A stretch of 64,000 nucleotides of DNA from Phoronis australis (lineage: Eukaryota > Animalia > Phoronida). The stretch is from NCBI GenBank assembly GCA_002633005.1, contig NMRA01000052.1, positions 981,235 to 1,045,234 of the forward strand, in the 5' to 3' direction. A model generated the notes under the pieces. The model was given only the letters and a program-made list of their open reading frames with translations. It made no database searches and was not told the origin of the DNA. The translations under genes and the position numbers were made by a program. Of this stretch, positions 39,001 through 51,671 are shown piece by piece (position 1 is the first letter of the stretch; every line of letters begins with the position of its first letter).

Positions 39001-41399
39001 TGGCCAGAAATTGTGGTTTGGATGATTCGATTATTTTTGACGTGTATTTATTTATTTATTATTTATTTATTTATTTATTTGTGTAGTATTTACAATGAGG
39101 GTAGCCCCATCAGTTCACACTGCTTTCCATGTGGGCCCTCAGTACTGTATTAACTATACCTAATTTAAATGTTTTTACAAAAAAAAATAATTATAAAAAA
39201 TTTTAATTAGAAATGCCAGTCTGCAAGTTTTTATTAACATTCACTTTTTTATGTGATACCTTGTCCATGCTGTAGTTCTGACGAGTTATGATGATGTAAC
39301 AAAACGAGGATTGGTTTAGATGTGGGTTTGACTTACCAAGTGGAGGTTCACTCATTTGCACGTGGGAATGGCTGTAATTATTTCTACTGAGATTCTTACT
39401 GACTGAAATTCATAAAGCTAATTGTTTTACAACTGAGTTTCTTAACCCTGCTTATACACAAAAATGTTGAGTACTTGTCTATCTGAAGTAGGCTGTGTCA
39501 AAAATGTGGAATGTCTTTGAATCAATATCTTATTTTATGCTAGATTCTTTGAGAATTTTTGGTATAGTAAATCATCGTAATTTTGCATGACAACACTTAG
39601 TAACCAAGTGGAATTTATCGGTTTTGTAATCAGATACTGGGCTAACTTGATTAAATTATTCCTGGCCTGAGCTTGAAAATTTTTAACTTCAAAAGGATTG
39701 TATGAGGCATCTAGTGGGTAAATTTATTGTATTACACTATTCCATGTCTTGATAAGCTGAACGAAAACTGCATCATTTTTATGTGCCCACATATTTGTGT
39801 GTGGGTGCATTATTGAAAATTATACTGTATGGTTTCTCACTTTTAATTTAAAAATGGTCCGTTTCGGTTGCAACCATTACAGGTGTTGAGATAATGTATG
39901 ATATGTACAATCCAACTGTACAGAAGATTGAGGTGCTGAAGTTGGAAAAGAGGCTGGACAGTCGCCTGTTCTATTTGAGGGATGCCCTCCCTGAGTACAG
40001 CACAGTCCCCTTCGACTTTCCTGTTCAGCCCCACCCAAAAGGTGCACCCGTACCGGTCAATCAAATCAAGGTTCGGTTTGTTTTAATTTCGATGACATGT
40101 GTTAGTAGGAGTTGATCCCCATTGGTTCCTATTTTCAGTTTCACATTTTACAATTAACAATAGCGTGTATAAATCAACTGGATTTAACTGACTCGTGTTT
40201 GATTTTCCTGTGCCTCATTCAAAAGGAACAAAGCTTTTTATAACATGTTCATTTTATGTTGTTATGATAACTGTATGGTACTGATCTAGGCCAATGGAAA
40301 ATGAAATTTTTTAGAAATCAGGGGTAGGCGTTCACCCATAATGTCAATCCGGGTCAATGCCAATGGCTTTGTTGACAGATGAGAGAAAAAAAGCAATGCA
40401 GACAGCGCACTTGTGGTGCAGCATCTTTAAGAATGTTTTGTTCATGTAACATTGGCTGCTTTCACCAGCGAGTGCCACTATGTATAGATTAGTTTGACCT
40501 ATTTTCATAATGTGGCAAAAATTAGATTTATAGAAAAATTGGGTACATAAGCTCACGTACGTCACTATATGATGTTAAGGCCCCTGGTGCCTGGAAAACA
40601 TAAGATGACTTCTAAAAAATTTAATTACGTTGACGGTTCAAAAACGGAAAAAGGAATTTGGTCATGTAAATGAAAGCTGATACAAATGAACTCATGCCGA
40701 GTCAACTTGTTCCACATCAAGAGTCACGGTGTGTAAGCAGCAAAAGTTAAGTAGCCATGTTTTGAAAGCTGAAATTCACGTGAGGCAGGCGTTCACTTAG
40801 ATGAGGGCGCTGTAAGGAAGTCTCATTTGAATAAATTGTGAGTAGACATTAAGCAGAGTATGGGCTTTTAAAAATCAAAATCTGGAAATTTGTGGGGACT
40901 AACTGGGACGAGTTTGGTAAAAAAATTGTGCTCGTCAACAAAAAGTCTGCATTTAAACAGGTCAGCATACAGTGTGTTCACCGATCCAGCAGCTGTGCTC
41001 CGTTCCATTTGTAGACCTCATAGCACTCCTATCTAAATTACATAGGGTCTACTACCCTTCACGTGTTTTGTCGAGTGATATTTGTTGTGCCCGATCACAA
41101 GGCTTTGTGTTAAAAAGCGAAGCATAATTTTGATAACATTGGTTTTACACACTTCACAGGTGAAGCTGGGTCCACGGCCATGGCTAGAGAGGTATGAGCG
41201 ACAAGACCTCCAGGGGGTGCAAGATTTGGGTTTACCCGAGAAATTCTATAAACGAGCGCGCGAGCTGGCCACGCCGTGGGAAAAATACGACTTAATGAAG
41301 CAGTATCGAGCATCCATCCCTGATGATGAGCAAGAGGAAATATACACAGATGTTCACAGGGAGAAGACGAGAATTGAAAAGAAAGGAAAGCCAAAGTAA
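33019..41399 (+). CDS. MRPL19: Mitochondrial large ribosomal subunit protein bL19m (39S L19), 297 aa
   Basis: Exons 33019-33088 ([19 protein letters not shown].., mitochondrial presequence-like), 37353-37488, 37920-38044 ([21 protein letters not shown]), 38322-38456 ([37 protein letters not shown]), 39883-40070 ([32 protein letters not shown]), 41160-41399 ([25 protein letters not shown]). All phases are consistent; 894 nt total. Confidence 0.95.
33229..34140. repeat. Fold-back element 1: ~280-bp near-identical inverted arms (33229-33511 / 33868-34140)
   Basis: Arm 2 is the reverse complement of arm 1 with few differences. Each arm has an internal 11-bp hairpin catcgcctctg..cagaggcgatg. Confidence 0.92.
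34150..34763. repeat. Fold-back element 2, same arm family (arms ~34203-34461 / ~34531-34762)
   Basis: Shared core cggcgaattatgcctcgcac..ttccttccaac..aacaaatactcc..gcagtccc..gttcccaaaatcg appears forward and then inverted. Confidence 0.85.
35418..35933 (-). mobile_element. 5'-truncated, decayed RTE-clade non-LTR retrotransposon (RT C-terminus and 3' end)
   Basis: [105 protein letters not shown] in one frame with two premature stops. Ends in a short tandem tail (AGTCAG)2. Confidence 0.9.
35991..36413. repeat. Fold-back element 3: ~85-bp terminal inverted arms enclosing a deleted copy of the same family
   Basis: aaatcgaggccttcagcttcgaaagaacttattcacttgtagacagtgaccaccgtctctagct (to 36076) is the inverse of agctagagacggtggtcactgtctacgagtgaataagttcttttgaagctgaagggctcgattt (from 36326). 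Confidence 0.85.
36738..36978 (+). repeat. Single further arm of the same fold-back family
   Basis: gtagagacggtgg..gaagcttttcggcgaattatgcctcac..aagtcacgttgttataaata..ttccttccaactcaaacaaatactccc matches the arms at 33229 and 34203. Confidence 0.8.
38508..38893. mobile_element. MITE in MRPL19 intron 4
   Basis: TIR aatagggccgtcccgaatta / taattcgggatggccctatt (20 bp, 1 mismatch). Confidence 0.75.
39044..39145 (-). mobile_element. Probable 3' tail of a CR1/L2-type LINE or SINE with (TAAA)n end
   Basis: Minus strand GAGGGCCCACATGGAAAGCAGTGTGAACTGATGGGGCTACCCTC (stem-loop) followed by an (AAAT)n microsatellite tail. Confidence 0.5.
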
Positions 41400-42212
41400 A
41401 TGTTAATAGGTAGAAACAAAATATGTAGGTTTTTGTACAAAGTTTGTTTGGATGTAAACATGTAGGTTTTTTGTACAAGATAGTGGATTTGGAGACAAAA
41501 GCGAAGCCTGTTCAACAGAATGCTCGCCCACTTCAAGCGATTGCCTACCGTGAGAGCTCGGTATTGAATGACAGCATGCGTTCACTTCAATCCCAAAATG
41601 GTGTCCACAAATGCAGTTGCTAACATATCAGTGCACGAACTGTCATTTTGCAATTCAAACTGATGAAGCTTCGGCAAATATGAGAAATCAAACCACACGT
41701 GTGACTGTTCCGGAGGTGACAGAAAATGAACAAAGACCCCATTTAATTAAATTATTTATTTCTGAACCAAATTTACCTTCTGCAATCTTGTGCAAAATGT
41801 GATGTAGTTATAGCATGTACTCAAGGTAATAGCCTTCAAACTCCGAAGACACGTTGGACGCTATCTTGGATTTCTAAGCTAACAAGCTAATTAAAAGTTG
41901 TGCAAGAAGCGAGTGGTCGCGCCCTCTTTGTTGAACATGCTTCGAGAGTAAGGAATTTCTGGAGTTTCTATTGTACAATTATAATTCTCTGAGCTGTCAA
42001 ACACCTGAATTGTTTTTCAAGCTCCTTCACTCTTGTCATTTCATTAAAAAAATTTATAAATTATTTTCACTTGTCTAATTTGGAGATATTGTGTCATACT
42101 TGAGTTGTAAAAACAGGTGTCTGATTTTTCTATCTGTATACAGCCCATCTGTGATGCTGAAAAATGTGTGCTCATTTACAATATCATATTCATGTCCATC
42201 TCTTGTAAATAC

Positions 42213-42545
42213 CACAGTGTTCACCGAGGCTGCGTTTTTGTATCATTAAGCCAAGGAAGATGCATGTTTAGGTTATGGGTGTGTCAGAGTGGATGAATTT
42301 TGACAAACTGTAACAAAAAAACTAATGGTTAAAAAAAAACACCCGTTTCATTTCTTGGTTATTTTTCCATATTATCCATTGATAAAAGTGCGCAGATTCG
42401 CCAGGTTTTTCAAACGTACATCGATCATTGTTCTGTACTAGTGTAATGATTTCTGAACTGCTTCCAAATATTGCAGTGGACACCAAGAATATTGGAAGTG
42501 GGTCCACTACACCTCAGTATTTGGAAGTGTAGGGCGAACACTGTG
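42213..42545. mobile_element. Degenerate MITE with CAGTG termini (hAT-like)
   Basis: cacagtgttcacc ... gggcgaacactgtg inverted termini; no clear target-site duplication. Confidence 0.5.
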
Positions 42546-44165
42546 TAATGTATTAGGAAAAGAACTGATGTTCATAATTGTGTGCTAAAATCGACAATAC
42601 TGTGATTTAAATTATATGTCAGTCATGTCTGAAGAATGTTGCTTATGACATCATGGTTATGAGTCATGTTTCCATTGAAATAAAAACTTAGCATAGCATA
42701 GTAGTGATTTCTCTTAAAAAACATAATTTTTCTCATCAACAGTAACGGATGAGGATAGCTGTGCACTGTGCTTTGGCTAGTACAACATTTAACACACACG
42801 GAACCAACATAAGAAAAGCGAACATTGCAACAAGAATGAGTCAGCTTGGAAAAAAATCTGTGTTAGTAATGAAACATGTAAACAATTAGCCTTTTGTAAT
42901 TGGAGTGTCAAAAAAGGAATGAATATTTTCGCCAATTTATTGTAAATGAAACAAATACTATGGCAATCTGTGAATGTCTTTATGTACTAGTAAGTGAATA
43001 TCTTCGAGTCACAGTCATATGCTGAACTTGCAGGCTTGAGGTGACTTCACATAAGCTCATGAAATACTGGCTGTGGAAATGAGCACTGTGGGTGCATTTG
43101 GATTTTTGCCATAAACCAACCATTCAGGATAATCAGGAAAGGATGCTAAACTATATTGTGTTGTTGCTATCCAAAAAGTAGTTACCAACTTTCAACCAAA
43201 TGGAATGACCAAGAAGTGTTAAAGAAACTGGATAAATAATCTGTGCGTTCTTTAGAGAAAAGCGAGAACATGCAAAATCAGGTGTTTAGTGGAAGGCCAG
43301 TTTTTCGCAACACTTCACAAGAGTAAACTGGCAATATCACAGACACTGAAGTGATAGGTCAGCGAGGTTAGAATATTGAATTATGGGATTGAATTAATAG
43401 GATGGGATACTCCAATAAAATTCAGTTACATTCCACAGGCACGTAATTTTCGATGTAAGCTCATGTATTGCAGTTTATGAAACAGCCCAAGATGGTATTC
43501 CTCTAGATGTCACTTTAGAAGAGTGAATCAAACCATTCAGTGGCAGCCATTTTGCTAGTGTTATGTTATTGTGGCCACAGACCTACGTCATATTGCCTGG
43601 CTTGCACAATACCAGCTTTAGCAAATGCACCCCAGTTATTCAGACCAGTGTACAGTCCGACTTGGTTACAAGATAACTACAGCGATATAACTTACAAGTA
43701 ACGGCTTTCTGTTATATATGCATGTCTACTATGGTTTCAATGAACTCTTGGTATAACATATGTCAAAGGTCACTTGATGTATGTTGTAAGGAAATCAAAC
43801 CACACCATATCCAAGTAAAGTTTTTTGGAACAAAAATACGACATGTATATGCATGGTTTGTAAAAATTATGCAAAACAAAATAATATCAAGTGTTATTTT
43901 GAAACCGTTAAGCAGTTTGAATTTTATGTCTTGAAACAACAAAAGCCTTAATCTTGTGTGACTTCCTATTTATTTACATCAATGTAAGCTGACAAAGCAG
44001 AGCACTTTACTTGCTGACTGAAATCTGCTGCTTTACTGTAAATTCTGCAAATCTGGCATGCAGAACACTCGAAGGCAGTCTTGATGAATCACATATCTGA
44101 TATTATTTACACAACAGTGACGATAATACAGCCTTCCGATAGGCTTCACAGCTTCTTTTTCTGTG

Positions 44166-47100
44166 CTATCTTTTCTTGTACAAGCATGGTAAAAGCGACA
44201 CCTGTGGAAGACTGGTAGGGTTGCAAGTTTGTCTTTTAACAAACTCGAAAGAAATGAACATTTTGTTGGAGTTGTCCTGGAAAAGAGAAAGAGGCGTTAT
44301 TACATCAAAACAGTACCAAATAATTAAAGTTCAAAGATACACACCATAAATTAACTTGCAGTGGAGGATGGCAAGAGATAATAAACAGTTGCAATAGTAG
44401 ATTGCTGGTATCGTTTTGATTTATAGTGCCATCTATGGGGAAGTTTTCACTGATTGGTTCATATACATTTAAGCTCTGACCTCCAGTGTAAGCCATATGC
44501 TGTTGTTTGTACCCAGCTTGTGACAAACCTATTGGTAAATAGATGTCACTTACATACCAATAGGTTTGGCAAAAAGAGCAGCGAGCGCACATTCACCAGT
44601 GGGCCAGGATGCTACATGAAAGTGGTCAATCACTTGAACATCAGTGGAATTGATTTATGGTAGTGGATCAAGACCAGCCAAACAAATGGTCTCGGCAATA
44701 TGGGTGCTGTAAATCCGCAACCTCTTAATTAAATTCTGACATTTTGTAAAAATAAACTCAGTTAAAGCAATCTCGTAAAATACTATTGATGTTGGTATCA
44801 TATTGAGGGCATAAAGACCATCTGATGAGTTGACGGCAGGAAATTTGATAGCACTGTAATTCTGTTCATGACCTCACTAAATTAGTTCTATTTTCATTAT
44901 TTTGATTATTTTTGGTGACTATCGCAGCACAATGAGTGTAACACGCTAAGTAGAAAATAAAAGCATTCCTATTACTTTTGTGTTTTAACTAAATATTCCA
45001 CATGGACTTCAAGCTTGGGATGACACAAGACACTAACCAGTGGACTTAGTGTGATCAATGAGCTATACCTGGTATAGCTCATTGGTGTGATCATGTGCCT
45101 GGCTGGTGATTTCTCACACAGACTTGCATGATCTTGCTTTTTCGACACCGTCTTGAGTCCACAAAACGCAATCCTGGGGCCGTTCTAAGAAAACTGACAG
45201 ATCTTTAATTTCAGTCAATTTTTGGATAAAACTTAAATTTGTCTGAAGTCTGTTTCAAAAAAGAGATCTGAAGTTTGACTTTAATTTTAAACTTAAATTT
45301 TGTCTTAATTTTGACTAACTTACCGGATATGGAAGTTTCAAAGTTTGGAAGTTGAGCAAAATCTTAGACTTAAGTCAAAAATATCAGTCTCTTGGAACAG
45401 ATCCCAGCACCAAATAAGTTGTAAAAGTTGTAATTGCAGCCTTTTGCATGTTGATATAGACGTTGCAATAAGTTACTACAGTAACAGTTGATTTACATAT
45501 TCTATTATACAATGGCACCGAGAACCCGCACAAAAGGTTGTGACTGTGACTCTAACAACATTCTGTGCACCAGGCTTTAGAGTGTATAAGGCGACTCTTT
45601 ATGTGGATTTAAATGAACTTTTCTGCACAGTATGATCTACATAATGTATCTACCACAACAGCATTACATGACTGCTAGCCATCCTTACCTGATGCTTGAG
45701 GGTGAATCCTAAACATTCTAAAAGTTTGACAAACAGGCGGGTGTCTTCAAATCGGCTAGAGACTTCTACTATCTTTAACAGGCCTCTGAAATGTGATGAT
45801 AAAACTACTTGACTTTATTCCAAGATAGTCTCTTCGAATTTCCATGTTTTACACTTCCTTCAAAAAGTGAGAAATTGCAGTTTAAAACCAACACAAACTC
45901 ACAAGGCATAGCCCAAGCGCTATCCAATTATTTAATGATTCACTTTCACATGGGAAATGATTCATCATCACGAAACCATCCCAAGGTAATGAATGCCAGC
46001 ATTACAGAGTGAAGCCTTACTTTGGTTTCAATACACGCGCAGCTTCACGTACAAAGTCCACCCAGTTGTTTCCCATCAATGCCAGACAAATGACAGCAAT
46101 ATCTACACTATTGTTTCCCAAAGGCACCTGGAAAAAATATTCAGTCTCACAACAACAAGGAACAGTGCAGCACCAGAGCAAGACATAAATAATCTGACAA
46201 TATTACGCCAAAAAATCTTTCAATCTCACAACAACATGGAACAGTGCGCCACCAAAGCAAGGCATAAATAATCTGATGTAATTACGCCCGTTGAGATTTG
46301 TGAGTCACCATGCATCAACAGATATCAAAAGAATCCCAAACTAGAGAAAACAGAAAATGTCAGAAAACCTTACTTCGCATGAAATAGACATTTGAGCAAA
46401 AAGTTATGACATTCAAAGAGAACGTTTAATCACATAGCATAAAAATAGTTTTTAGTCAAATCACTTGGGATACTAGTGAGTAGAATAATACACATTTGTG
46501 CCTGTATTACCTTTTGTAGCCAATTAAATATTTTGAACAAAAATTCCAAAAAATTTTAACTAAACTTTTTTGCATTAAGACGTATGGCCTGCTGCTATAG
46601 TCACTCATTTGATGGTGAATTTCACTAGTTTTCCAAACACAGCAAGCTCCATTATCACTCATTCAAGAAGTCGCTTATATATTTTTGTCAGGACTTAAAT
46701 TTAGCACCGGTATGAATTATGGGAAATAAACAAACCTTTGATATGTCGCAGACAGTTACGTGTTTATTGACAGCAACCAGGTCAAATGAGTAGACTGTAT
46801 TAGGCACTGAGCGAGCTAGCTTCGCATCACCGCAACCAAAATCAGCTACGACCAAAGATGGCGACCTGAAAAAAAACAATGAATAATCAACAATTAATTT
46901 TTGGGTGATCAATTCAGCCATACAACCAAAAATGAAAATAATATCTAAATTAGCTTGATGAGATTTAAATATTAAAAAAAAACAATAAAATATTTTACTT
47001 TTATCACTTCAAAACAAACTAATTTGGTGGATTTCATGTTCCAGAAATTTTCATCTACTAGCAGTGATGCAGTCATTTTTCAAATGCATTGTGGGACAGT

Positions 47101-49690
47101 TGTTGGCTCATAAACATCTGGCAACATCCCGAAAAACTTAGTGACGTGAAAACAACGCAACGGAAAACAACATTAGAGGACTGCAATATGTTTTTTGTAC
47201 GTGTGCGACTAAGCAATCACCGTAAAAAAATAGCAGAAGTGGAAATGAGCAATGCTAACTGAAAGAGATTTGCAGAAGATGACTTACTATACATCTTGTG
47301 AAAAAGCCTTAAAGTTTTAATTGAATGGATTTTTGTTTTTCTGGACAAATAACACAATCCAAAAAGTCCCAGAAATGATTTAACATCATAAAAAACATGA
47401 ACTAAACACTCAAATGCAAGTATGTCAATAGATACGAGAAGCTTATTTGCACCGCATTGCATCACTGCGAAAAAACAGCAAACAAACAACAGCCGATAAC
47501 AGAAGTTTTGAACAGTCGCCGATACCAGCGGTAAAAATATGTATCTACCATGGAACTTTGTCTGTCTTTTATGTGAGACAAAACTGAAGAGTTATCTATG
47601 GTTTACCTTGACTTGATATCACTGATTATCTGATCTACGGGATTGACAGGCCAAGAAGCCACTTGAGACTGAAACCCAGCATGGTAGACATCGAATGCCT
47701 GAGGATCTTCACGGAACAAGTTCACAGCCTGTTGACTACTAGATGTATACAACTGTTCATTCAGGTAACGAAATCTTGCAGCTTCTAATTTACTTTTCAT
47801 CTTGTCTCGCGTGGATAAATTCAAACCTCCATGTTTTGCTCTAGACGGCGAAATATGATCAGTGTGCTTTTCCGACTTCAACTTTGGTACACCTACTTCA
47901 ACTTCTGATGCGTCGTTTGGTTGATAACTCGCCTTTAACTTTAATGCTGCAGTCAATTTGACAGGAGCAAATGGCATTTTCTTTTGAGTTCCATTACCAT
48001 TGGCACTTTTCATGTTTACGTCATTACCACTGCTGCTTTTCAAACCACTCGCTGCAAACGCCTCGGTTGTTTGTTTTTGTCTTACCAGTCCAACATCACA
48101 GTTTGTCTGATTTTCAGATTTTGCAGAGTTCAACAATTCAACAGAACCCTGATCCAAAGCCTTTCTCTTCTTCTTTATTTTCTTTTTCTTAAGCTTTACC
48201 ATGTCTTTTGCACACTCTTCATCTACATCCACGAGGAAACTGGTGCATTGTAATTTGCTATTGTTACCGTCTTTCACAGCTCCAATACTTTCCGGCTTTT
48301 TTCTGGGTATCTTCTTCAACTTTTTTTTCATGTGAACAGTATCACTATTCATCAGCTGCCTACATGTTGTTTGTGATGAGTTATCTTTGCAGAGTTTCCT
48401 AGTTTTTGGAAGAACATGATCATCCTTAGTATTCCCAACTTTCCTTTTCTTAAGTTTCCCTTTGTGTTCAACTTTATCCTTCGACTGGGTGTTATTGACC
48501 GCAATTGCTCCAGCCCTTCTTTTTGGTGTCTGTTGATGAAACAACAATTTCCAGAATGAAAAGGTCAATTATTCAAACCCTTTTTTATAAGTGTGGATCA
48601 CGTTATTGCCAAGAAATGCATTTCTTCACTGTATTAATTAAATTCTGACAAGTCTGTTCATTCACTTCATTAATGTTACTATTTTATCTGCCCACCTGTC
48701 ATTTTGATTGACAGTGTGGCAGGCCATCTGTGACATTTACCAAATTACCCTAAAAAATTTAGACTTCATCACAGACCAACATATAGTCAAACTTCTGTTA
48801 GACCAAAATATGACACAATTTTTAACAAAATAAATGCAACTTTGTTTCACTCTTCCTAACCTTTGCATTGCAGTGTACTGCTCCCATTAAACAACATAGA
48901 GTGATTCAGAAATTCTGGAAAATTTTAACAATGTATTGAGTTCTTAAAATTGACACTATTTTAAAGGTTTTTATCAAAGCCCCATGCAAGTCGCCAGTTT
49001 TGAAACCATTATTTTGGTTCATGTTTAAAGATGTATTTGCATGCTCCTAACTATGCTAATGTATAGCTGGAAATAAACGACAATGCTGTTTTAACATAAT
49101 CCATGCTAAACAAAGTGCAGTTGTATTCACTGAAAAATTGTAAATGTGAAAACAAAAACAATCTGCAAATAGGTGACCTTTGCATTAATGGCATACCTCA
49201 TGGGCTCACATATTCTGCATCATGCAGTGTTATTCTCCAGCACCACGTCACGATACTTGCTGGACATGGTTCAGTGATATGTGGCGGATTGTTTTTGCCA
49301 CAAAACTTATTCTTAAAAACATTTGGCATGTTTCAACCTACTATATATTTGCATCATTGCTATATGTTGTGATTCTAACTAATTTGGCCAAAGAATCACA
49401 AAAATAAGGACTTAGCATGCAAGTTCCACTTTAAGGGTGGAACCATTTGTTTCTGTTGTAAACCATGGATTGAATACAGTCTGTTGATCCACCAGGAAGA
49501 TCATCACCGTGAAGTTGATTCATTTGTTTTAAGATAGCAAATTTTATAATTTGACTTAATTAACACTGCTTGGGACTTCTAATACAGTTACCTTCTGGTT
49601 GAAGTTGTGACCTTTCACATTTCCAAACAGACGATTGTTGAGATCACTTGTGACAGCATCCTCTATCCACGTCTGGTCAACACTGAACAT
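44166..49690 (-). CDS. RRP8: Ribosomal RNA-processing protein 8 (nucleomethylin; rRNA m1A methyltransferase), 488 aa
   Basis: Exons 49690-49592 ([11 protein letters not shown]..), 48529-47607 (K-rich; [40 protein letters not shown]), 46865-46736 ([16 protein letters not shown]-binding motif I), 46127-46021 ([21 protein letters not shown]), 45785-45689 ([12 protein letters not shown]), 44276-44166 (..LLPCLYKKR*). All phases are consistent; 1467 nt total. Confidence 0.96.
45056..45084. repeat. Perfect 29-bp palindrome
   Basis: caatgagctatacc-t-ggtatagctcattg (14-bp arms, 1-nt centre). Confidence 0.9.
45174..45407. mobile_element. Short MITE with CTGGG termini in RRP8 last intron
   Basis: ctggggccgttctaagaaaactga ... 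tcagtctcttggaacagatcccag imperfect TIRs, with internal gactta/taagtc sub-repeats. Confidence 0.6.
46145..46287. repeat. Two-copy ~79-bp tandem duplication next to an RRP8 splice acceptor
   Basis: tctcacaacaaca(a/t)ggaacagtgc..cataaataatctga..ttacgcc at 46145 and 46224. Confidence 0.85.
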
Positions 49691-50164
49691 GATGAGTCAT
49701 CAAAACCTAAAAAGTTAAAAACCCTTTAACACGGGCAGCGCACCATAGGGACTGGGGGGGCTATAGCCCCACTTTTTCCAGTGCTGCGCCGCCCATGTTC
49801 AAGGGGCGTGAATGTGAAAAACCGTCTTCATTTTTTGACAGACTCCAAACAAATATCGTGTACGCACTCACTTAGACTCAAGCACCATTTCACAGGTGCA
49901 ACTAAAAAACACTACTGACACTTGCGTGGATATTTTCTCCCACGTTATGCGTACATCCTAGATCCACTGAGATGTCGTGCTTTTTCATTTCGAAATTTTG
50001 ACAAGTATATGGCTGGTCAAATGTATCAGCTTCATTGAAGACTGTGGGCATGACAATACATTGACAAGCACTTGGTATACTGTATCCCACAAAACCCATG
50101 CTCAATGAAGCGCTTGCACGGCTTGCAGTGTTGTACGTGGGTCGTGGCTGGGTGGTGACCAGAA

Positions 50165-50821
50165 CTGGGCCCGGTCTCCAATCTCCGTACTCAGACTCAT
50201 ACTCATACTCGAGATTTCATACTCAAAATCGTGCTCACTGGAGTCGTACTCAAAAAAGCGTATCTAATGTCGTATTTCGAGTAGACTCCAAACGTACTCA
50301 AATCTGACACTCATACTCGAGTTGCTATGGAACTCTTTATNNNNNNNNNNNNNNNNNNNNNNNNNNNNNNNNNNNNNNNNNNNNNNNNNNNNNNNNNNNN
50401 NNNNNNNNNNNNNNNNNNNNNNNNNNNNNNNNNNNNNNNNNNNNNNNNNNNNNNNNNNNNNNNNNNNNNNNNNNNNNNNNNNNNNNNNNNNNNNNNNNNN
50501 NNNNNNNNNNNNNNNNNNNNNNNNNNNNNNNNNNNNNNNNNNNNNNNNNNNNNNNNNNNNNNNNNNNNNNNNNNNNNNNNNNNNNNNNNNNNNNNNNNNN
50601 NNNNNNNNNNAATTTTTACTCAAAATCGTACTCGAAATATAGATGAGATACACTTCAGTTCGAGTACACTCGAAAACTGAGTACGTGCTCGAAATTTCGA
50701 GTACAGATTTTTCGAGTATGACATTGAATACACCAAAGCTGAGTCTGTACTCGAGTTGAGTATGAAGTGTGAGTTTGAGCATGATTCGAGTCTGAGTACG
50801 GAGATTGGAGACCGGGCCCAG
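50165..50821. mobile_element. MITE / non-autonomous DNA transposon with perfect 34-bp TIRs spanning an assembly gap
   Basis: ctgggcccggtctccaatctccgtactcagactc ... gagtctgagtacggagattggagaccgggcccag; interior rich in tactc/gagta sub-repeats. Confidence 0.88.
50341..50610. other. Assembly gap (270 N)
   Basis: Run of N; single Ns also at 10568 and 20222. Confidence 1.
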
Positions 50822-51195
50822 GTTACATTGCCTTAAGACTAAGAGAAAATAATGGGCCTGGGGAGGTGGACAAAAGTCTTAGGGTGTTTGTACAGTAGGC
50901 TAGTAGACGTTAAACACCTAACAATGTCAACTTGTCAAATCAAATAATTTTCCAATTGCCAATGTAACTTGTCTTGCTGGTTTGTTGTATGCCAGAAGGT
51001 CAAGGTCAGGGTTGGACACTTGTGCAGTTGATTGAAGTTGAATTTGAACAGTTTAAAAGCAACTCGACCAGTCTCAAGGTCAAATCACAGGTTTTTAGTG
51101 ACTCGTATGATCACTGACCGTTCTTTCAGACACGGGGTTACATGTTCAGCATTACGAAACCTTTTGGCCAGCTGTGTTGCTACTGAGTTTCTTAC

Positions 51196-51520
51196 CTGGG
51201 CGCAGACATTTTAACAAGGAGTTATGGGAAAATGCGCAAATGTGAATGCGCGTTGGCTCGTCGGAAGTGGAAGAGGGCTTGGCGGAGTTTGTAAACTTTG
51301 CGACAGGTTTCTGCCTTTTTGCGATTGCATTCTTCGGAATTTCTTACTCTATTGGCCCATTACTTTCGTTAGCACTGCCCCTCACTTTTGATGTTTGAAG
51401 ACTGAAGGAAACCGCTACCGAAACTGCTTATTTTCTGGCCAGTTGGATAGAAATACTAATCTATAACTTCGGTCGGATCTCTCTGGCTCTGGTGCCTTTG
51501 CTTTGACTTGGTTGAGGTTA
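51196..51520. promoter_or_regulatory. Putative RRP8/ILK bidirectional promoter and non-coding first exons
   Basis: Minus-strand donor ccag|gtaaga at 51196/51195 pairs with the acceptor just upstream of the RRP8 ATG exon (49706). ETS-like tcggaagtg at ~51261 and inverted CCAAT at ~51351. Plus-strand donor-like gag|gttagg at ~51516. Confidence 0.55.
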
Positions 51521-51671
51521 GGCAATTGTCTCCCGGTCGGAATCTTAACGAGTGGTTGCCTTCAAAACCATTTAATTAAAATGCGTTTTGAATGAAGACT
51601 TCATTGTAGAAAAAGCCTACCTGTTTTATTGAGCTTGGAGTTTTGTGCGCTTAATTCATAAAACCTGGACT

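Noticed and set aside
44103-44168. Stop-codon readthrough of RRP8 (TAG-C, 20-aa extension)
   Set aside because: Context is not the strong UGA-CUAG type and the extension has no recognisable targeting signal.
50264-50782. ORFs of 106-172 aa in the ORF track
   Set aside because: Artefacts of translating through the N gap inside a MITE.
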